Shown here piece after piece: positions 45,201 to 60,000 of a DNA stretch of 64,000 nucleotides. This DNA comes from the human T2T-CHM13v2.0 reference genome, Homo sapiens. The first letter of the stretch is position 1; the number at the start of each line of letters is the position of its first letter. The stretch lies in NCBI RefSeq assembly GCF_009914755.1, contig NC_060935.1, one strand, 5' to 3'. The position numbers and the translations under genes were made by a program. The notes under the pieces were generated by a model. That model was not told the origin of the DNA. It was given only the letters and a program-made list of their open reading frames with translations, and made no database searches.

Positions 45201-46797
45201 TACCATTTATTCAACTTCCTACCACCATTACATACTTCTGGTAATCAATTATCTTCCTTCTCCCCTTGGGATTTTGAATTGGGAACAGAATAGAAATAAG
45301 TTGCCAAATAAGAATCAAAATACAGGGTCAGCCTCAATTTCAGTGCAAGTGGTCCATTGCTTTGGTTCACAGGCTCTACAGTCCAGAAGATGAAAGATTA
45401 AGGATTTCATCCATCAGATTAACCTCTCCTCTTTTCACAGAAAGAACAAGTAATGGGGATAAGAGAAGGGCCTAGAATATTCCCCTGAAAGTGTTACTTA
45501 TTAGGAAGCAAGTTCCCTTGTGGAAACACAAGGATGGGGGAAAGGGATTTCCCTCAACATTGTTCTATCTACACACAGAGAATTCAAGTAACTTGCCCAA
45601 AATCACAGAGCTAGTAAGTGGTGAGGCTTAAATCAAACTTGATCATCAGGTCCAGGAACACAGGTACAGGCTGGGGCTGCCTCATGAAGTGTCTGTTTAG
45701 GAAATGTGTCTTTAAAGTCAACAGACTGTCCTGAGTAGGACATTCTAGAACATTTTTCTAGACAAAAACATCATATCTACAACTTCCAGCCTAGAATCTG
45801 ATACAGCAAAGACACACAATAATGTTTTGTTATATAAGTGCATATACAATTAATTACCAAATTATGAGGTACAGACCACCTAGGAACTCAGATAGGGCAG
45901 GTTTATTATTATGGGCAAGAGTCTTTCTAGAAACAGGATTCCAGCTAGGTCTTGAAGAATGAGTAGAATTCAGATGAATAAACAGCAGAAAAAATCATTA
46001 ATAAACACATGAGACTCAGAGAATTACAACAAAACAGTTTTAGTCATGTAAACTTTGCTATAAAGTGAAGCATATTTAGGTATGAAGCATGCTGATTAAA
46101 CTTTTTATTGTCTTAATACAAGTCTAAAAAAAGTATCTTTTTGGGGGAGCTGGAAAGTACTAAAAATAAAAACAGTGGCTGAAATTCATTAAGCATTTAC
46201 TATGCCAAGCACTGCTCTAAGCACTTCACAGACACTAACACATTTAATCCCTACCAATACCCTGTTGAGAGGTTGAGATACAGAGAATTTAAATTACTGA
46301 CCCAAGGTCATAGACCTAGTAAGTGTTAGGCCTGGAGTCAAACTCGATCCTCCTCTGGCTCAGGAATATTGTTCCAGGCCTTTGCTCTCACCTGGAAGTT
46401 TCTAATTAGAAAATTTATTTCAAGTCAGAATAAAATCTTCAGCAGTTCTCTCATCTCAAAATGTCTGAATTTCTGATTATTTACAAGGCTGCAAATCCCT
46501 TCTAGCCACGCTCTAATGCAAGTACTTGGATAGTGAAATAAACGATAAGTCTCTCTAAATCACAGGATATTCAGTTTATTTGATTTTAGTTCAGCGATTC
46601 TTAAACTGTCCCATACATCCAAACCATCTGTAGAAGTTTCTAAACCCAACATAGGCCCAGGGACCCAATACCAAACTTACAAATCTTGGAGACTAAGATC
46701 TCATATGTATATATATTTTAAAGATTCAAGGGTAATTCTGATGCTGAATGTGTTTGAGAATCACTGCTGTATGCTGCATTCTATTTTATTGTATTTC

Positions 46798-49700
46798 TTT
46801 TATTATTATTATTATTATAATAATAATAATACTTTTAAGTTCTGGGGTACATGTGCAGAACGTGCAGGTTTGTTACCTAGGTATACAGATGCCATGGTGG
46901 TTTGCTGCACTCATCAACTTGTCATCTACATTAGGTATTTCTCCTAATGCTATCCCTCCCCTAGCCTCCTACACCCTGACAGGCCCCAGTGTGTGATGTT
47001 CTCCTCCCAGTGTCCATGTGTTCTCACTGTTCAACTCCCACTTATGAGTGAGAACATGTGGTGTTTGGTTTTCTGTTCCTGTGTTACCTTGCCAAGAATG
47101 ATGGTTTCCAGCTTCATCCATGTCCCTGCAAAGGACATGAACTCATCCTTTTTTATGGCTGCATAGTATTCCATGGTGTATGTGTGTCACATTTTCTTTA
47201 TCCAGTCTATCATTGATGGGCATTCGGATTGGTTCCAAGTCTTTGCTATTGTGAATAGTGCCACAATAAACATACATGTGCATGTGTCTTTATAGTAGCA
47301 TGATTTATAATCCTTTGAGTATATACCCAGTAATGGGATGGCTGGGTCAAAAGATATTTCTGGTTCTAGATCCTTGAGGAATCACCACACTGTCTTCCAC
47401 AATGGTTGAACTAATTTACACTCCCACCAACAGTGTAAAAGTGTTCCTATTTCTCTACATCCTCTCCTGCATCTGTTGTTTCCTGACTTTTTAATGATCG
47501 CCATTCTAACTGGCATAAGATGGTATCTCACTGTGGTTTTGATTTGCATTTCTCTAATGACCAGTGATGATGAGCTTTTCTTCGTATGTTTGTTGGCAGC
47601 ATAAATTTCTTCTTTTGAGAAGCATCTGTTCATACCCTTCGCCCACTTTTTGATGGGGTTGTTTTTTTTCTTGTAAACTTGTTTAGGTTCCTTGTAGATT
47701 CTGGATATTAGCCTTTTGTCAGATGGATACGTTGCAAAAAATTTCACCCATTCTGTCGGTTGCCTGTTCACTCTGATGTTAGTTTCTTTTGCTGTGCAGA
47801 AGCTCTTTAGTTTAATTAGATCCCATTTGTCAATTTTGGCTTTTGTTGCCATTGCTTTTGGTATTTTAGTCATGAAGTCTTTGCCATGCCTATGTCCTGA
47901 ATGGTATTGCCTAGGTTTTCTTCTAGGGTTTTTATGGTTTTATGTTTTATGTTTAAGTCTTTAATCCATCTTGAGTTAATTTTTGTATAACGTGTAAGGA
48001 AGGGGTCCAGTTTCAGTTTTCTGCAAATGGCTAGCCAGTTTTCCCGACACCATTTATTAAATAGGGAATCCTTTCTGCATTGCTTGTTTTTGTCATGTTT
48101 GTCAAAGATCAGATGGTTGTAGATGTGTGGCGTTATTTCTGAGGCCTCTGTTCTGTTCCATTGGTCTATCTATCTGTTTATGTACCAGTACCATGATGTT
48201 TTGGTTACTGTAGCCTTGTAGTATAGTTTGAAGTCAGGTAGCATGATGCCTCCAGCTTGTTCATTTTGCTTAGGATTGTCTTGGCTATACGGGCTGTTTT
48301 TTGGTTCCATATGAAATTTAAAGTAGTTTTTTCTAATTCTATGAAGAAAGTCAATGGTAGCTTGATGGGGATAGCATTGGATCTATAAATTACTTTGGGC
48401 AGTATGGCCATTTTCATGATATTGATTCTTCCTATCCATGAGAATGGAATGTTCTTCCATTTGTTTGTGTCCCCTCTTATTTCATTGAGCAGTGGTTTGT
48501 AGTTCTCTTTAAAGAGGTCCTTCACATCCCTTGTAAGTTGTATTCCTAGGCATTTTATTCTCTTTGTAGCAATTGTGAATGGGAGTTCACTCATGACTTG
48601 GCTGTTTGTCATTATTGGTGTATAGGAATGCTCGTGATTTTTGCACATTGATTTTGTATCCTGAGACTTTGCTGAAGTTGCTTATCAGCTTAAGGAGATT
48701 TTGGGCTGAGATGATGGGGTTTTCTAAATATACAATCATGTCATCTGCAAACAGAGACAATTGGACTTCCTCTCTTCCTATTTGAATATGCTTTATTTCT
48801 TTCTATTGCCTGATTGCCCTGGCTAGAACGTCCAATACTATGTTGAATAGGAGTGGTGACAGAGGGCATCCTTGTTTTGTGCCGGTTTTCAAATGAATGC
48901 TTCCAGCTTTTGCCCATTCAGTATGATATTGGCTGTGGGTTTCTCATAAATAGCTCTTATTATTTTGAGATATGTTCCATCAATACCTAGTTTATTGAGA
49001 GTTTTTAGCATGAAGGGCTGTTGAATTTTATGAAAGGCCTTTTCTGCATCTATTGAAATAATCATGTGGTTTTTGTCATTGGTTCTCTTTATGTGATGGA
49101 TTATCTTTATTGATTTGCATATGTTGAACCAGCCTTGCATCCCAGGGATGAAGCCAAATTATCATGGTAGATAAGCTTTTTGATGTGCTGCTGGATTCAG
49201 TTTACCAGTTTTTTATTGAAGATTTTTGCATCAATGTTCATCAGGGATATTGGCCTACAATTTTCTTTTTTTGCTGTGTCTCTGCCAGGTTTTTGTATCA
49301 GGATGATGCCGGACTCATAAAATGAGTTAGGGAGGATTCCCTCCTTTTCTATTGATTGGAATAGTTTCAGAAGGAATGGTACCAGCTCTTCTTTGTACTT
49401 CTGGTAGAATTCAGCTGTGAATCCGTCTGGTCCTGGGCTTTTTTTGGTTGGTAGGCTGTTAATTACTGCCTCGATTTCAGAACTTATTATTGGTCTATTC
49501 AGGAATTTGACTTCTTCCTTTAGTCTTAGGAGGGTGTATGTGTCCAGGAATTTATTCATTTCTTCTAGATTTTCTAGTTTATTTGCATAGAGGTGTTTAT
49601 AGTGTTCTCTGATGGTAGATTGTATTTTTGTGGGATCAGTGGTGATATCCTCTTTATCATCTTTTATTGCGTCTATTTGATTCTTCTCTCTTTTCTTCTT

Positions 49701-52700
49701 TATCAATCTGGCTAGCATTCTATCTATTTTGTTAATCTTTTCAAAAAACCAGCTTCTGGATTCACTGATTTTTTTGAAGGGTTTTTTGTGTCTCTAATCT
49801 CCTTCAGTTCTGCTCTGATCTTAGTTATTTCTTGTCTTCTGCTAGCTTTTGAATGTGTTTGCTCTTGCTTCTCTAGTTCCTTTAATTGTGATGTTAGAGT
49901 GTTGATTTTAGCTCTTTCCTGCTTTCTCCTGTGGGCATTTATTGCTATGAATTTCCCCTAAACACTGTTTTAGCTGTGTCCCAGAGATTCTGGTATGTTG
50001 TATCTTTATTCTCATTGGTCTCAAAGAATGTATTTATTTCTGCCTTCTTTTTGTTATTTACTCAGTAGTCATTCAGGAGCAGGTTGTTCAGTTTCCACTG
50101 TAGTTGTATGGTTTTGAGTTAGTTTCTTAATCCTGAGTTCTAATTTAATTGCACTTTGGTCTGAGAGACTGTTTGTTATGATTTCCATTCTTTTGCATTT
50201 GCTGAGGAGTGTTTTACTTCCAATTATGGAAGTAATTTTAGAATAATTTTAGAATTTTAGAATAAGTGTGATGTGGTGCTGAGAAGAATGTATATTCTGT
50301 TGATATGGGGTGGAGAGTTCTGTAGATGTCTATTAGTTCCACTGGGTCCAGAGCTGAGTTCACATCCTGAATATGCTTGTTAATTTTCTGTCTCGTTGAC
50401 CTAATATTGACATTGGGGTGTTAAAGTCTCACACTATTATTGTGTGGGAGTCTTGGTCTCTTTGTGGGTCTCTAAGAACTTGCTTTATGAATCTGGGTGC
50501 TCCTGTATTGGGTGCATATATGTTTAGGATAGTTAGCTCTTCTTGTTGAATTGATCCGTTTATCATTATGTAATGGCCTTCTTTGTCTCTTTTGATCTTT
50601 GTTGGCTTAAAGTCTGTTTTATCAGAGACTAGGATTGCAACCCCTGCTTTTTTTTTGCTTTCCATTTGCTTGGTAGATCTTCCTCCATCCCTTTATTTTC
50701 AGCCTATATGTGTCTTTGCATGTGAGATGGGTCTCCAGAACACAGCACACTGATGGGTCTTGACTCTTTATCCAATTTGCCAGTCTGTGGTCTTTTAATT
50801 GGGGCATTTAGCCCATTTATATTTAAGGTTAATATTGTTATGTGTGAATTTGATCCTGTCATTATGATGTTAGCTGGTTATTTTGCCCATTAGTTGATGC
50901 AGTTTCTTCATAGTTTCAATGGTCTTTACAATTTGGTATGTTTCTGCAGTGGCTGGTACCGGTTTTTCCTTTCCTTATTTAGTACTTCCTTCAGGAGCTC
51001 TTGTAAGGCATGCCTGGTGGTGACAAAATCTCTCAGCATTTGCTCGTCTGTAAAGGATTTTATTTCTACTTCACTTCTGAAGCTTAGTTGGCTGGATATG
51101 AAATTCTGGGTTGAAAATACTTTTCTTTAAGAATGTTGAATATTGGCCCCCACTCTCTTCTGGCTTGTAGGCTTGTAGGGTTTCTGCTGAGAGATCCACT
51201 GTTAGTCTGATGGGCTTCCCTTTTTGGGTAACCCGACCTTTCTCTCTCGCTGCCCTTAACTTTTTTTCCTGCATTTCAACCTTGGTGAATCTGACAATTA
51301 CATGTCTTGGGTTTGCTCTTCTTGAGGGGTATCTTTGTGGTGTTCTCTGTATTTCCTGAATTTGAATGTTGGCTTGTCTTGCTAGTTTGGGGAAGTTCTC
51401 CTGGATAATATCCTAAGGAGTGTTTTCCAACTTGGTTCCATTGTCCCCGCCACTTTCAGGTACACCAATGAAATGTAGGTTTGGTCTTTTCACATAGTCC
51501 CACATTTCTTGGAGGCTTTGTTCCTTCCTTTTCATTCTTTTTTTCTCTAATCTTGTCTTCATGCTTTATTTCATTAAATTGATCTTCAATCTCTGATATC
51601 CTTTCCTCTGCTTTATCGATTCAGTTATTGAAGCTTGTGTATGCTTCACAGAGTTCTCGTGCTGTGTTTTTCAGCTCCATTAGGTCATTTATGTTCTTCT
51701 CTAAACTAGTTATTCTAGTTAGCAATTCCTCCAACCTTTTTTCAAGGTTCTTAGCTTCTTTGCATTGGGTTAGAGCATGCTCCTTTAGCTTGGAGGAGTC
51801 TGTTTTTACCCACTTTCTGAAGCATACTTCTGTCAATTCATCAAACTCATTCTCCATCCAGTTTTGTTCCCTTGCTGGCAAAGAGTTGTGCTCCCTTGGA
51901 GGAGAAGAGGCATTCTGGTTTTTGGAATTTTCAGCCTTTTTGTGCTGGATTTTCCTCATCCTTGTGGATTTATCTATGTTTGATCTTTGATGTTGGCGAC
52001 CTTTGTACGGGGTTTTCGTGTGGACATCCTTTTTGTTGATGTTGATGCTATTCCTGTTTGTTAGTTTTCCTTCTAACAGTCAGGCCCCTCTGCTGCAGGT
52101 CTGCTGGAATTTGGTGGAGGTCCACTCCAGACCCTGTTTGCCTGGGTGTCACCAGCAGAAGCTGCAGAACAGCAAAGACTGCTGCCTGTTCCTTCCTCTG
52201 GAAGGTTTGTCCCAGAGGGGCACCCACCAGATGCCAGCCAGAGCTCTCCTGTATGAAGTGTCTGTCGACCCCTGCTGGGAGGTGTCTCCCACTCAGGAAT
52301 CACGAGGGTCAGGGACCTGCTTAAGAAGGCAGTCTGTCCCTTAGCAGAGCTCAAGTGCTGTGCTGGGAGATCCACTGCTCTCTTCACAGCCAACAGGCAA
52401 AGAACATTTAAGTCTGCTGAAGCTGGGCCCACAGCCACCCCCTCTCCCAGGTGCTCTGTCCCATGAGATGGGAGTTTTATCTATAAGCCCCTGACTGGGG
52501 CTGCTGCCTTTCTTTCCCAGATGCCCTGCCCAGAGAGGGAGAATCTAGAGAGGCAATCTGGCTACAGGGGCTTTGCTGAGCTGTGGTAGGCTCCACCCAG
52601 TTCAAACTTCCCAGTGGCTTTGTTTACATTGTGAGAGGAAAACAGCCTACTCAAGCCTCAGTAATGGCGGATGCCCCTCCCCCGACCAAGCTGGAGCATC

Positions 52701-53296
52701 CCAGGTTGACTTCAGGCAGCTGTGCTGGCAGTGAGAATTTCAAACCAGCAGATCTTACCTTGCCGTGCTCCATGGGGGTGGGATCTGCTGAGCTAGATCA
52801 CTTGGCTGCCTGGCCTTCAGCCCCTTTCCGGGGGAGTGAATGGTTCTGTCTCACTGGAATTTCAGGTGCCACTGGGGTATGAGAAAAAACTCCTGCAGCT
52901 AACTGGGTGTCTGCCCAAATGGCCACCCAGTTTTGTACTTGAAACCCAGGGCCCTGGTGGTGTAGGCACCCAAGGGAATCTCCTGGTCTGCCGGCTGCAA
53001 AGACTGTAGGAAATGTGTAGTATCTGGGCCAGATAGCACTGTCCCTCATGGCACAGTCCCTCAGGGCTTCCCTTGGCTAGGGGAGGGAGTTCCCCTGACC
53101 CCTTGCGCTTCCTGAGTGAGGCAATGCCCCACCCTGCTTTGGCTCACCCTCCATGGGCTGCACCCACTGTCTAACCAGTCCCAATGAGATGAGCCCGGTA
53201 CCTCAGTTGGAAATGCAGAAATCACCCACCTTCTGCATTGATCTCTCTGGGAGCTGCAGACTGCAGCTGTTCCTATTTGCCATCTGGCCAGCCACC
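46798..53296 (-). mobile_element. Near-full-length LINE-1 (L1PA7-like), disrupted
   Basis: Reverse L1 3'UTR (ttaagttctggggtacatgtgcagaacgtgcagg), ORF2 fragments (ATG 50862), ORF1 start 51959, 5' end GGTGGCTGGCCAGATGGCAAATAGGAACAGC. No convincing TSD seen. Confidence 0.93.
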
Positions 53297-54115
53297 TAAT
53301 ATTTCTAATCATTCACTTAGCAAGAGTCTCAGGTTTAAGTAAAATTATAACTAAGTTACTAAGGAACAATACATCAAAAGTCATATATTCATTTTTCCCT
53401 CTAAGAGTTTTTTCTTTTTTAAAAAAATTAAATTAAAAAACTCCTTGGAAAAAACATTTTTAATCTTCCCATTACCACTTTATTCCTTGGCACACAGAAG
53501 GGTACCAGTCTCTGCTGGAGACAAAGGTGGACAGTAGGCCAGGGTGACAATATCAGCCTGTTCCTGCTCCAGGTCTCACATTAATGCATCAAGGGCAAGA
53601 TATGGTTTCTTACTTGAATACTGCAGGTTTTGGTTATAGACAGCTGGAGTGGTGGTAAGGGGACTAGGTTAGGTGAAGTCACTGGGCTATCATCCTTGCT
53701 CTGGTTCTACAGCTGTGCATTTTGGATTGCTATTTAGCTTCTCTAAGCTCCAGTTTCCTCCTCTGTTATATAGAAATAATGTCTGCCAATCTTTTTTATA
53801 GAGTTATTTGTAGGATCAAATGGAATGAGATATGTGAATGCATTTTAAAAATGTATGGAATACCACACATTTGGACAAGATTATTATTGAAGTGTGCAAT
53901 CTTGTCTACATGACAAGTGAAATCACGTAGGAATCGTAGTAACAACAAACCAGCTGAATTTTGGTCTCAGTACCAATGCCTACTGGGGCACTGCAGTAGA
54001 GCAAGTTTTCCTAACACCTCATGGAACAGTGACAGTGAAGGTTCTCCTAGGTTTTTATGTGAGACTGCCTGAAGAGCAATTACAGGCTCTGGAACAATAG
54101 ATGCTACTAAGTTTA

Positions 54116-54417
54116 TTTTATTTTATTATTATTTTTTATTTTACTTTAAGTTCCGGGATACATGTGCAGAATGTGCAGGTTTGTTACATAGGTAAATATG
54201 TGTCATGGTGGTTTGCTGCACCTATCAACCCATCACCTAGGTATTAAGGCTCGCATGCATTAGCTATTTGTCTGTTTGTCCTGATGCACTCTCTCCCTTC
54301 CCCTGCCCCCTGCTCCAGGCCCCAGTGTGTGTGGTTCCCCTCCCTGAGTCCATGTGTTCTCTCTGTTCAGCTCCCACTTATGAGTGAGAACATGCAGTGT
54401 TAGGTTTTCTGTTCCTG
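54116..54417 (-). mobile_element. 5'-truncated L1PA (3'UTR only)
   Basis: L1 3' end in reverse; 13-bp TSD GCTAC(T/C)AAGTTTA at 54103-54115 and 54418-54430. Confidence 0.88.
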
Positions 54418-56630
54418 GCTACCAAGTTTAAGAAAGTCATTGTCAGGGATGTGAAAATCAGAAAAATAATCTGGTATTTTAGGAAAAGCACTTAAAATAA
54501 ATTGTATTAATGACACCACATTTTAATGATTAATAAAATACTTGATAAGGCAATCCTGTATTAATATTCAACCATTTATACATGATTATTTCTAAACATT
54601 ATACAATGCAAAAAAATTCACATGTTTAAAGAAGTATCTACTTTATCAGGTACCATTTGTGAATACTCTCAACAAGCAGGTGAATACAACTCTCAATGCA
54701 AGTGAATATACACAGAAATGGGCAGCAGGATGGTCATTTGCCTGTCTGTCTTGCTTGGGAGTAAAAGAGAAGGCTAGGAACATGGCTGTAGGTTTGGTAC
54801 TAGAAGAAAAGTGGGACCTATTCCGACTTCCTGATCCTGTGATTTTTTTCTTTTTTTGAGATTCACACACACACACACACACAAACTATGCACAAGTTTG
54901 CTTCCATGTTGTATAGCAAGAGTTTAAATATTTCTGAGTTAATGATGCCAAACTGTGCTCCGATTATATCAGCATATTTACATGATCCTTGAACACCACA
55001 TATAGATTCCTATACTACACATTTAAGCAAAATCACCTCCTGACTTCACAATGAAAGAGACCTATTGGATTAAAAAGTGGTTTCTAGTAAACCCCAAAGA
55101 GATACTGTTACTAAATTACTAAATTTAAAGGCAAAATAGTATTCACTAAACTGATTTTTCTGTCTTATTTTCCTTATTTGGCATAATCATTAACCAACTT
55201 CTAGTAAATGGAAGCATTCTCACAATTTAAGTTTTTTTAGGGGGAAACACACAATTTATAAATACTGTCAAGTGAAGAACAGATTCCTGAATACTAAAAG
55301 ACCCATGCATATCCTTGTATGTAAAAAAAAAAAAAATCCATCATAAAATCATAGACTCAAACACCATCTTTGATTCAGTAGTTCTCCCTCTACTGTGGCT
55401 TCTGCTATAGAGTCATTGTTAAAAAGAGTTCTTCATGAAAGATTCTCACATAGCAAAATGCTTTAAGAAAATGTCTAACAAACATTTTTATTGTCTCAAT
55501 TTGTACACAAACTGACACCTGAAAATCAGAGAGGATAAAGAACTTCAATCTTTAAAAAAGAGAGGTAAGTTATTCCAAAATGCTACCAGTCAATAATTAA
55601 AAATACAGTTTGGGGGCAAGAAGTTCTGAAATAACTCAGAGAACTTGCTCAAGATTTTACTTTTGGACCAGTCCTCTTTGGGAGGGAGTATGTGAATAGG
55701 TAATGAAAGCCTTATATGAGAGAGTCAATGGAGAGCCATATCAAGGAGCACCTGAAGATATATGGATCAATACAGGGAAAAGAAATCCAAGTAGCCCAGT
55801 GCCTGACACTCACTGGGCACTCAATTAATGCACGGTGAATTAACAAATGAATTAATGAAAGAACCATTTGCTACATATAACATTCTTACTTTAAGAAAAA
55901 AGAATTTGAAACAGAAGAAAACATACACGCAAGAACACATACAAACTATAAACTATATGATATCCTAAAGGAGATGTAAATATTAAACTGTTTGCTTTGC
56001 TGACTGACACTATTAATACCTAAAAGCAGTATGAGAGATCACAAAGAATAAGTACTCATTCATACTTGGAGTGGGCTGCTCATCTTATGGTCTAACTTGC
56101 ATTTTATGTCATGGCCATGTTGCTTAATCTCCAGCTGTTCTACAGAAGAGCAAAATAAGTTATAAATAAATTATTAAAGAAAAAAAGTAACTCTATCCAT
56201 GCTGAGGCCTGAGGGAGTTGGGGGAGGAGTCAATTCCTTTTAGTTTATATTTAAAAAGAGAAACTCTTTGGAAAACTGTAATATCTGAAGATTTTGTGGT
56301 TTCCAAAAGTGAAGGTGAACGGTGAGAAGTTTTCTTAGTTTAGCTACTGAACCCTAAAAAAATATAACCTCAAAAGTTAATTTCTTAAGCAATTTGGGCA
56401 CCTGAATTTGATAAGAACTTTTTTTTCCAGACATTCTGTTCTGTCTAACCCAAAGGAAAAATAGCCAATTTTGAGAATCTGTATACAAATAAGGAAAAGT
56501 AAAATACAGCGCTTTGCAAAGAAATGGGAGGGATTTCTGATACTCAATTCATGATGCTAAACACTTCAAGTAGATGATTCAAAGGCAGAAATATATAACT
56601 GTTCTCATTAGGATTGTTTATGGACTATAA

Positions 56631-57066
<436 letters not shown>

Positions 57067-60000
57067 TCTTTTTTCTTTATTATATATTCCTCTAATAAAG
57101 TGCTCTGTATGCAGTGAGCATTCAATATTTGCTAAATTAAATTAATGGAAAGTTTTCTAACTACCATGTAGAGTATCTAAATTTACATCATTGGTTCTAG
57201 AACTGCTGTCTGAAGCAACACAAATTACACTTATGACAGTTCGTCAAATCTTTGAAGCCCATCCTCAAAATAAGGATGTCAAAAATACATCACACATGTT
57301 GACACTCTAATCTCCCAGCCACAGTAGGCATTAGCAATCTGAATGTTATTTTTACTAATCCTTCACAGTTTTAGAATTCTTCTCAACCCAACATTCAAAA
57401 ACCACTTGCCATTCCAGCCTAAGTTTTCTTGTCCCTAAGTCATGCATTCCAAGTCCCCTCAACCATTGCTCACATGCAATGCTTTCAAATTCCCTATGCA
57501 TCCTGGTCACAGTGATTTGAATGTACACTAATTTATCGATGATGTACCTAAAACAACTTATTTCATTTCCTTGAACTGATGATAATATTCTAGATACAGT
57601 CTATTTAAAAAGTGAAGAATTATTAGCTTCTCCATTTCAGTATTATATTTCTAGCAGTGCAGCCCAAAATTTCAGTAGCTATGATAACAGCCTCTTGTCA
57701 CACCACTGGCTTATACTGAACTTGCAGTTAATTTAAAACATTCAAGCTTCCTTTCTACAATCTGCTGATAAGTCATCCCCTAAAACCGTGCCCGCAACTC
57801 TCTATTCTCTCCTAAATTGATTTTTTTGTACTTAATCATAGTATTTTACATTTAAGTAAATGTAAATGATCCAGATTCTATCATTCAACAGAATGTCTGC
57901 AATATCTGCTGGCTTTATGTTTCATATGATAAGCATATCGTCTGTGCCTTCAGACACATTATCAGCCAACATGTCGGTGCTGGATGTATTTTCCCAATGT
58001 TGCATAAGAGGAATACCTTCGAGAGTTTGGCCTAGGAATGTGGCCTGGGACTCCGCCAAGCATCTCTCTCCAGCAAAATGACTGCAAATTTCTCGACCTT
58101 CAGATTCTACATGATGTAAAAGAAGTTTGTCTGTGTTTAAAAACACATTCAAGAAATAAGTGAACATGTGAAAAGACAGAAAAACTTGTTTTAATTTGGG
58201 CATAGTTTCAGTTTTCAAAGGCACATGAAGGCAGAAAGAAAGAATCACAAAATGGAACTACTGATGATAGCAACTCCAAAACCAAGACTGATTAGACTAA
58301 ATCCCATGTGGCAAAAATTTTATTTAGTAAGTTTCCTTCTCCCTCTCTCCCTTTAGATATATGTGCATACACACACACGCACCTTTATTTTAGTAATTTT
58401 TTTTTTCTGAAAAAGAAAGTTTTCTGCACCTGATTGCTTCCATGAATAACACAAAGCACAAACAATATGACTTTCTTTGGTTATCATGCAATTTTTTCTC
58501 TGCTTACCAGAAATTGGCACAAATTTAAGATATACTATATTCTACTCCCTGAAGCACAGTCGCTGGCATCTCCACTGGCATTTAAAAATTTGAAGACATT
58601 TAAAAGAAAATCCACAAGCTTATAGTTGCTGTCTAAATCAACTTTAACATTTCATATATTCACAATTTCATAAGTGAATCAAATTACACATAAGAAATTA
58701 TAGAACTAAGCCAACTAAATGACTTTTATAATAGGTACTGGGGAAAAATATTATTAAACCTTTTCCTCCAATTTCTGCCTTTCTTCCAGCAAGACAAACC
58801 ATTTTCATGAAGTTTCTGTCTACATCACTAGTGATAATCTGAAGCAGCCATTAATCAATCTATTAGTGCATTCAGCAACATTTATCAAAGTGCCTCCCCA
58901 GAACTGTTTTGGATGCTGTTGTGGGCGCATGCAAAAATGAACTAAATATAGATTTTTGTCATCCAAGAATTTTAAGTCAATTTGTAATTATTGGTTCCTG
59001 GTTCCATAACTTTTTTTTTTTTTTTTTTGGTGCTGGCTCAGATGTATACCTTCATCTATTCTAAGGTTAAGGCAATCCTTATAATTTTCTTCCTTTTTCT
59101 TGTTTGTTTGTTTTTTGTGTGTGTGTTTAAAATCTTGCTTATATTTGACTTTATTTTATTCTCACATCTTCTGAGTACATTAAAGTTAAAGGTAGATCAT
59201 AAATCGAAAACATTCTTAAAGGTCTCTCTACTCAAATTATTTGGTGTTATTGTATCTCAGAAAGTATAATGAATTGCCTGTAGCAAATAAATAAAATCAG
59301 AACCTTTATACTCAATGGTTCGGTTTGGTACATATCCATGAAAATAATAAATGTTAAAAAGGATGCTAGCCGTTGATTCCTGGCATGCTATTCTACATTT
59401 GGCTACATTACAACGTTAAAAGGATTTAGTGCATATATCAAATTGTGGATCTGCTTGTTTTAAAATTTCATCTGTAATTCCACATGCAACCCCCACCCCC
59501 ATACACACTCACAAGATCTGAATATGGTAACAAGGAAATCCTAGTAACTGTAGCGTTGGAAAAATGGTTCATATGGAAATAAGCCATTTGGCTAGTAAAG
59601 CTGGTGATTTTGTTCTCTAGGTGGCACTATTACTTCAATTTTTGGTGAGTTGCTTAAATTACTTGGAACTGCCCGTTTATTTTCTTTGAATTCCCATTTT
59701 ATAAATTTTAATTTTATACAAGCTAGTTGTAATTAAACGACAGGTTGCCTTCTAGGTTTTATTTCAGTAAGTCAATTTGAAGTTCAGTGATTTTTTATCA
59801 TATAATTTTATGTTTCCTTACTATACTGTCTTAGTTTTAAGAAATCCTCCCTTGCCTGACCTCCTCTCTCCAAAAATGCAGAGGCATGTCAAAAACACAG
59901 AGGGTCGTCATAAAGTTTCCGTCAGACCAAAGGAACCAAGATGAAAGCATGTTTAAGAGCTACTAGGTTCTGGGAGATTTCAAAATCAGGACATTACTAC

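Noticed and set aside
47382-51959. Endonuclease/RT-like ORFs on the minus strand
   Set aside because: Fragments of a decayed L1PA7-like element.
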